NCBI GenBank assembly: GCA_963718965.1
Contig: CAVRBJ010000002.1
Span: forward strand, 7,936 to 71,935
Origin: an uncultured delta proteobacterium
GTDB taxonomy: Bacteria; Desulfobacterota; WTBG01; CAIYCZ01; CAIRTM01
Length of the DNA: 64,000 bases
Direction of reading: 5' to 3'
In this document: positions 58,710 through 64,000 of the stretch, piece by piece
Layout: each line of letters begins with the position of its first letter
Position numbering within the stretch: position 1 is the first letter of the stretch
Made by a program: the position numbers and the translations under genes
The notes under the pieces: generated by a model
What the model was told of the DNA's origin: nothing
Seen by the model: the letters and a program-made list of their open reading frames with translations, nothing else
Databases searched by the model: none

Positions 58710-59750
58710 TTACGCCATCAGCTCATCGATATTCACATTTGTTTTCACCATGTTTTTCAGCAGTTCGACTTTGTCTGCAGCTTCCCGGGTCAGCAGCGCC
58801 TCCATGCGGTCGATCTGCCGAACGACCTGAAACGTATCGGGCGTAACCAGCAGCATGGGCGTGCCGCTCTCTTCAGCCTTGGCAATAATGTTAGAAGGGG
58901 GAAGTATGTTATTGGTAAGGATAATGCCGGCGGCATTGTGATTGAGCGCGGCAAGAATCATGTCGCTTCGGTCGCCGCCCGTGATGATCAGCTTGTCTTC
59001 TTTTTTAAAAAGAGGCTTCTGCACGGCAACGTTGCCCGACATGGCGCCGATAAAGATGTTTTTCACCCTGCGCGACAGATTCGCCTCGGCAGTGAGAACC
59101 TTGGCAAAAAGCTTGTCGGCAAGATACCGCAGCGAAAAATAGGTCAACTCACTCTGATACGGAAGAACACCAAGCACGTTCAGGCCGGTTTGTTTGATTT
59201 CAGGCAGATAGGTTTCCTTAAAATCATCCACATTGTGGACCTTATTGACGATGATGCCGGCGACCTGCACCCCTTTCATGTCGACGCTGCGCTTGACGAA
59301 CATGATATCGTCGAGAATCGTGTCGTCGTCGCCGCTGATGACAAACACAACCTTGCCGCCCAGATACTGCGCAAGCGACAGCGCGTCGAGGTGCACCGAG
59401 GTGCCGTAGGAAATGGATTTGCCCGCCTCGACAATGAGCAGGTCTTTGCCGACGCCGATGCGTTTCGGCAAGCTCAATGACCTTTGCCCTGATCGTGTCT
59501 CGGCGTTATACATAAAGCGCAGCTTTGAGTGGTCAAACCCGATGCTCATATCATCGGGGTGCTCCTTCATGGCATACAGGCCGGTCATGAGCGCCGCGTC
59601 ATAGTCCCACAGGCGTTTTTTGCTGTACAGCAGCCGGTCGCCAAAGGGCTTCAGGTAGCCTACTTTTTTCTGCAGAGCCTCGGTCAGGCCGACGATAAAA
59701 TTGGTCTTGCCCGTGCTGCTGCGCAGTGATGCAACAAGTAACGTATTCAT
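58710..59750 (-). CDS. phosphotransacetylase-N-terminal-like protein (BioD/CobQ-type P-loop-like domain plus DRTGG domain)
   Basis: Intact 346-aa ORF with MNTLLVASLRSSTGKTNFIVGL, a later IITGGDRSDMILAAL (DRTGG motif), and no Pta catalytic domain. Confidence 0.7.
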   Translation of the reverse strand: MNTLLVASLRSSTGKTNFIVGLTEALQKKVGYLKPFGDRLLYSKKRLWDYDAALMTGLYAMKEHPDDMSIGFDHSKLRFMYNAETRSGQRSLSLPKRIGVGKDLLIVEAGKSISYGTSVHLDALSLAQYLGGKVVFVISGDDDTILDDIMFVKRSVDMKGVQVAGIIVNKVHNVDDFKETYLPEIKQTGLNVLGVLPYQSELTYFSLRYLADKLFAKVLTAEANLSRRVKNIFIGAMSGNVAVQKPLFKKEDKLIITGGDRSDMILAALNHNAAGIILTNNILPPSNIIAKAEESGTPMLLVTPDTFQVVRQIDRMEALLTREAADKVELLKNMVKTNVNIDELMA

Positions 59751-59840
59751 GCATTTCTCCTCTCATCATGTGAAGCATGATTCCCGTGCTCCGGCGGACA
59801 GGTGCCCGTGCTTTGCTTGTACAATAGAACATGCCTGTTT

Positions 59841-61965
59841 TCAATTGTTGCCGGCCTGCTTTGCAAGCAGAATTCTCACGTCAACGGCCTTTGAACCCTC
59901 GCCCTGCTCATACACCATCAGCGGATTGATTTCGATATCGGAAATGAACGGTGCACTTGCTGATCAGGGCGCCCAGCTTTATAATAATGTTCACCACGCT
60001 GTCGATGTCCTTCTGCTCTTCGCCGCGTACGCCCAGCAGCAGCGGATAGGAGCGCGTTTCCTTGATCATGTTCATGATCTCGCGGCGGCTGACGGGCAGG
60101 GCCCGGAAGGCCACGTCCTTCATCACTTCAACATAGATGCCCCCGAGGCCGAACATGATAATAGGGCCGAAGGTGGTGTCGCGGCGGGCGCCGATAATGG
60201 TCTCGACCTCCTTTTTCAGCATCTCGGCTATTTCAACGCCCTCTATGTTGGCCTCGGCGTTATAGGCCCTGCAGCTCTGCATGATCGCCTGATAGGCGTC
60301 GATGATTTCGTCGCGGTCATCAAGATCAAGGGCCACGCCGCCGGCATCGCTCTTGTGCACAATGTCCTTGGACACGACTTTCATCACGACCGGATAGCCG
60401 CATTTTTCAGCGCAGGAAATGGCCTCGTCGAGATTGCGGGCAACATAACTTTTCGGCACAGGTATCCCGACGAGGTCCATAATCTTGCTGCGCTTCATGG
60501 GCAAGAAGAAAGTAGCGGTCCTGTCTGATGGCGTTTGTGCAGATTTCAGTAATCGCGGCAACGGGAATATCAGCATCCTCATACAGCTCAGAATGATAGC
60601 GCAGGTAGCGCTGATACCAGTAGAGTTTTCCAAGGCAGGCGACAGCCTCATACAACATCACCATAACCGGGCACATTTTTTCTGCCCAGTTTGACAATTG
60701 CGTTTTCTATATCTTCGCCGCCCACGATGGCAAACAGCAGCGGCTTCTTCTTCAGCTGGCATATTTATTGTGGTTTTCTTCCAGCACTTTCTCGAGGTCG
60801 GCTGCAAGAAAAGTAGCGGTCTCGCAGTACAGGGCCATGCTCGCGCCGATTTCCTTTGAGTCAAGCGCAACGCTCAGGGCCGAATTGTACTCGGCGCCTG
60901 CCGCGCCGCCCGGTGATGTCGATGGGGTTTTTGGTTGAGCCGAAGCTCGGCGTGACGGGCGAAAACATTTCCTTGAGCTTCTTGCCGTCGTCATACAGCT
61001 CGATTTCGTATTTTTCGCAGGCGTCGGTGGCCATGACGCCGATGCCGCCGCCATTGGTGATGATGACGGCCTGGTCGCCGGTTGGGGGCGGAGAGTTGCC
61101 GAGATATTTGCTCCAGTTGAAGGCCTCCTGTATGGTTTCGGCCCGGATGACGCCGTTCTGCCGGGATGGCATCGATGATTTCATCGGAGCCGGCAAGCGA
61201 GCCCGTATGCGAGGCCGCGGCCACGGCGCCCCGCTCGGACCGCCCGGACTTGATGACCACGACAGGCTTTTTTCTGGTGGCCTTCTTCACCGCATCGATA
61301 AAGCGCGTCCCGTCCTTGATGCCTTCGATATACATGAGGATGACCTTGGTGCGCTCCTGCCCGGTGAGATACTCAAGCAGATCAGCCTCATCAACATCGC
61401 ACTTGTTGCCGATGGAAACGATGGCCGAAAGCCCGATATTTTCCACTTTTGTTTTGCCGATCATGGCAAGGCCCGAGAGCGCCCGACTGCGTGACGATGG
61501 CCACAGATCCCGGCAGGATGCTGCCGGGCCCGAAGGTTGCGTCCATATGCGCCTCTGCCGAATAAACGCCGAAGACATTGGGTCCGACGATGCGCATGCC
61601 ATGGCTCAGCGGCGTAGTCGGCGATTTTGCGCTCTGTTCGATATCGCCGATCTCGGAAAATCCCGAGGTGATGATGACATTGTATTTGACGCCGCGGTCG
61701 GCGCAGGCTTTTCACCGAATCGTAGACGAACCTCGCAGGGATGGTTGTGCAGACGACGTCGACTGTCGCCTTCGATGGCACTGATGTCAGGATATGCCTG
61801 CAGCCCCAGCACGTCGCCGCCTGCGGGATTAATCGGGTAGACCTTGCCCTTGTATCCGCCGGCAAGAATATTTTTCACCACGGTATGGCCGATTTTCTTC
61901 GGGTCTTTTGAAGCGCCGACCACTGCGATACTGCGCGGCTCAAACAGCAACTTGATATCGTTCAT
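59841..61965 (-). CDS. ADP-forming acetyl-CoA synthetase (acetate--CoA ligase, fused alpha/beta), at least six frame breaks
   Basis: Collinear pieces across ORFs 61606..61965 (LFEPRSIAVVGAS), 61461..61865, 61391..61597 (RIVGPNVFG), 60991..61602 (IVTQSGALG-like, AASHTGSLAG phosphohistidine loop), 60861..61196, 60752..61054 and 59908..60651 (ATP-grasp GYPVVMKVVSKDIVHKSDAGGV). The hand-translated end ...DIEINPLMVYEQGEGSKAVDVRILLAKQAGNN stops at 59841. Confidence 0.8.
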
Positions 61966-61978
61966 AATCCATCTCCCG

Positions 61979-63909
61979 TCACATGTCCTTGAATACCAGT
62001 TTCAGTTCATATACGCCTTCGCTTCTGCGTTTTTCAATATCAAAGCCGCCATTTTCAAACAGCCGCATCATGGGCTTGTTCTCCACGAGCACCTCGGCGG
62101 TGAAGCCGAGCAGGCCCTGGCGCTTGGCAAGATAGGTCACATAGGCCAGCAGCTCCGTGCCGATGCCCTTGGCCTGATACTGGTCGCGCACCACGACGGC
62201 CACTTCCGCCGTATGGGAGTTTGGATCAATACCGTACTGGGCTATGCCGACAATCGTCTTCGCTTTCGGCTTCCCCGACAACCGCAAGAATGATCAATTC
62301 CTGGGTATAGTCGATAACGACAAAATCCTGAAGCCGCTCATGGGGCATATCCTGCCGCTTTGAAATAAAACGGCGGTACAGGCTGCGGTCGGAAAGCGAG
62401 TAGTAGAAATCCTTCACCATGGGCTCATCGCTGATCTTGACCGGCCGTAAAAGCACGGTAAATCCCGAGGGCGTGGTCCGCCAGGTTTCCAGACTCTCGG
62501 GATATTCGCCGCGCTTGCCGGGTATAAACGCCTGGTCTTTATAAATAAGGCCCAGGCGCTTTGCCTCTTCAATAAGCCCTGGCCTGAACTTCGGGTGCGC
62601 GATGGCGATAAGATCCATGGCGCGCTCCCGGATATTCTTGCCGTGCAGATAGGCGATGCCGTATTCGGTTATGACATAGTGAACGTCGCCGCGCGTCAGC
62701 GACGTGCCGGAGCCCTCCTCCAGAAGCGGGACAATGCGGGAATGCAGCCCATCGTTGGATGTGGAGCGAAGCGTGAGGATGGTTTTGCCGTTGGGGGAGA
62801 GGGCTGTGCCGCGCATAAAGTCCGCATGCCCGCCTATGCCGCTGTAAAAATATTTTCCTATTGATTCGGAGGATGACTGTCCGGTCAAATCTATCTGCAG
62901 GGCCGAGTTGATGGCCACCATGTTGTCGAAACTGGCTATCGTCAGCGGGTTATTGGTTACATCTATCGTCCTGAACTCGATCTCGGGATTGTCATGAATA
63001 TAGTCATAGGTCTCTTTCGTGCCCATGCAGAAGGAGGCCACGGTCTTGCCGCGGCCGAACTTCTTCTGCGAATTGTCGACGACGCCCGCCTTCATGAGCT
63101 CGACGATGCCGTCGGAAATCAGCTCGGTGTGGACGCCCAGATGCTTCTTGCCGCTCAGGCTTGCAATAATGGCATTGGGCATGGCGCCGTAGCCGACCTG
63201 TATGGTGTCGCCGTCCTGCACGATGCGGGCCACATATTCCCCGATTTTTTGGGCGATGTCGTCGGACACGCTCGGCTTGAACTCCAGCAGCGGCTCATCA
63301 TACGGCACGATGTAGTCGATGTCGGATACGTGGATAAACGTGTCGCCATGCGTGCGGGGCATGAATGCATTGGACTGCGCAATGACAAGAGTTGCCTGCT
63401 CGACGGCGGCTTTCACGATGTCGACGCTGATCCCCAGGCTCACATACCCGTGCTTGTCGGGAAGCGATGTCTGGATGAGGGCGATATCGAACTTTACGAT
63501 GCCGCCGTGATATCAGTGCCGGGACCTCGGAAAAAAACAGCGGCGTATAATCGGCAAGGCCCTTGTTGACCGCATCGCGGGAATTGTTTCCGACGAAAAA
63601 CGAATTGAGCCTGAAATTGCGCTTGAATTTTTCATGGGCATAGGGCGCGACGCCCATGGTCCAGACATGGAAGACCTCGGCGTCGAAAAAAGCCTTGGGG
63701 TTTTTGTCGACATAGTCGGACAGCGCCTGCACCAGATGCTGCGGCTCGCCGCAGGCAGTGCCGATAAATATCCTGTGGCCCCGGTGTATGCGCTTGAAGA
63801 TGTCGTTGAGAGAAGCAAACTTATCGGTGTATGACTTCTTCAGCTCATCAAAGTACAGTCGTTTGTCTTCGGAAAACATACTGGCCTCACTGGTATAACC
63901 GCTTAACAT
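61979..63909 (-). CDS. acetyl-CoA hydrolase/transferase family protein fused to a C-terminal GNAT acetyltransferase domain, two frame breaks near 63509 and 62262
   Basis: CoA-transferase motifs IFIGTACGEPQHL, ELISDG and SGIGGHADF (ORFs 63298..63909 and 62226..63443). Then LLRPVKISDEPMVKDFYYSLSDRSLYRRF and, in ORF 61979..62287, the GNAT core VVVRDQYQAKGIGTELL. The alternative start MFSEDK is at 63879. Confidence 0.8.
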
Positions 63910-64000
63910 TATTGTTACGTCAGCCCGGGCAATGCATCAATGCCGGAATCGTTCTTTGCTTCCCCACAGGGGACCAAATTTTATATGTGCGAGTTCAGCA

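Overview
This 64-kb chromosomal window is moderately GC-rich. Gene content suggests an anaerobic Desulfobacterota (deltaproteobacterium-like) genome: Geobacter-type CxxxxCH cytochrome, HydF, ADP-forming acetyl-CoA synthetase, a sigma-54 regulator. That assignment is inference only.

Layout:
- 1-13.6 kb, minus strand: complete dcw cluster mraZ-rsmH-ftsL-ftsI-murE-murF-mraY-murD-ftsW-murG-murC-ddl, with a recognisable promoter and 10-bp-phased candidate MraZ boxes. No murB lies between murC and ddl.
- 14-17.9 kb: SPOR-domain protein, TPR protein, ispH.
- 18.3-22.5 kb, the only clearly accessory-looking stretch: secreted multiheme/Cys-rich protein and a secreted FG-GAP repeat protein, divergent across a ~950-bp AT-rich gap.
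- 22.7 kb: initiator-type tRNA-Met.
- 22.8-29.4 kb, minus strand: thioesterase and ApgM-family enzyme, then a tightly coupled GT9 / metallophosphoesterase / GMC flavoprotein / TAT small subunit / multiheme cytochrome operon.
- 29.5-37.7 kb: ccdA-tlpA, NUDIX-mutS2, a PNPOx-family gene, pepA, mntH.
- 37.7-47.3 kb, minus strand: sigma-54 activator, strong sigma-54 promoter, sensor kinase, two tandem kdpF-like peptides, kdpA, kdpB, kdpC, and a kinase-less KdpD-N/Usp protein fused to a PtsN-like EIIA domain. I consider this the most interesting system in the window.
- 47.3-50.7 kb: methyltransferase, then hydF translationally coupled to an aspartase-like gene.
- 50.7-52.4 kb: an internally duplicated protein-kinase-fold-like protein.
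- 52.5-58.3 kb: RRM protein, RDD protein, rsmE, purD, unknown gene, purE, tsaC.
- 58.7-63.9 kb: DRTGG protein, ADP-forming acetyl-CoA synthetase, CoA-transferase::GNAT fusion.

Two window-wide properties stand out. By my reading there are about 45 reading-frame breaks in about 24 genes, including essential ones, which most likely reflects sequence quality. There is also a family of heptanucleotide-periodic palindromic intergenic repeats.

Frame-broken genes are reported as single full-length CDS spans, with approximate break positions given in the evidence field. All product calls come from motif recognition by eye; no database search was possible.
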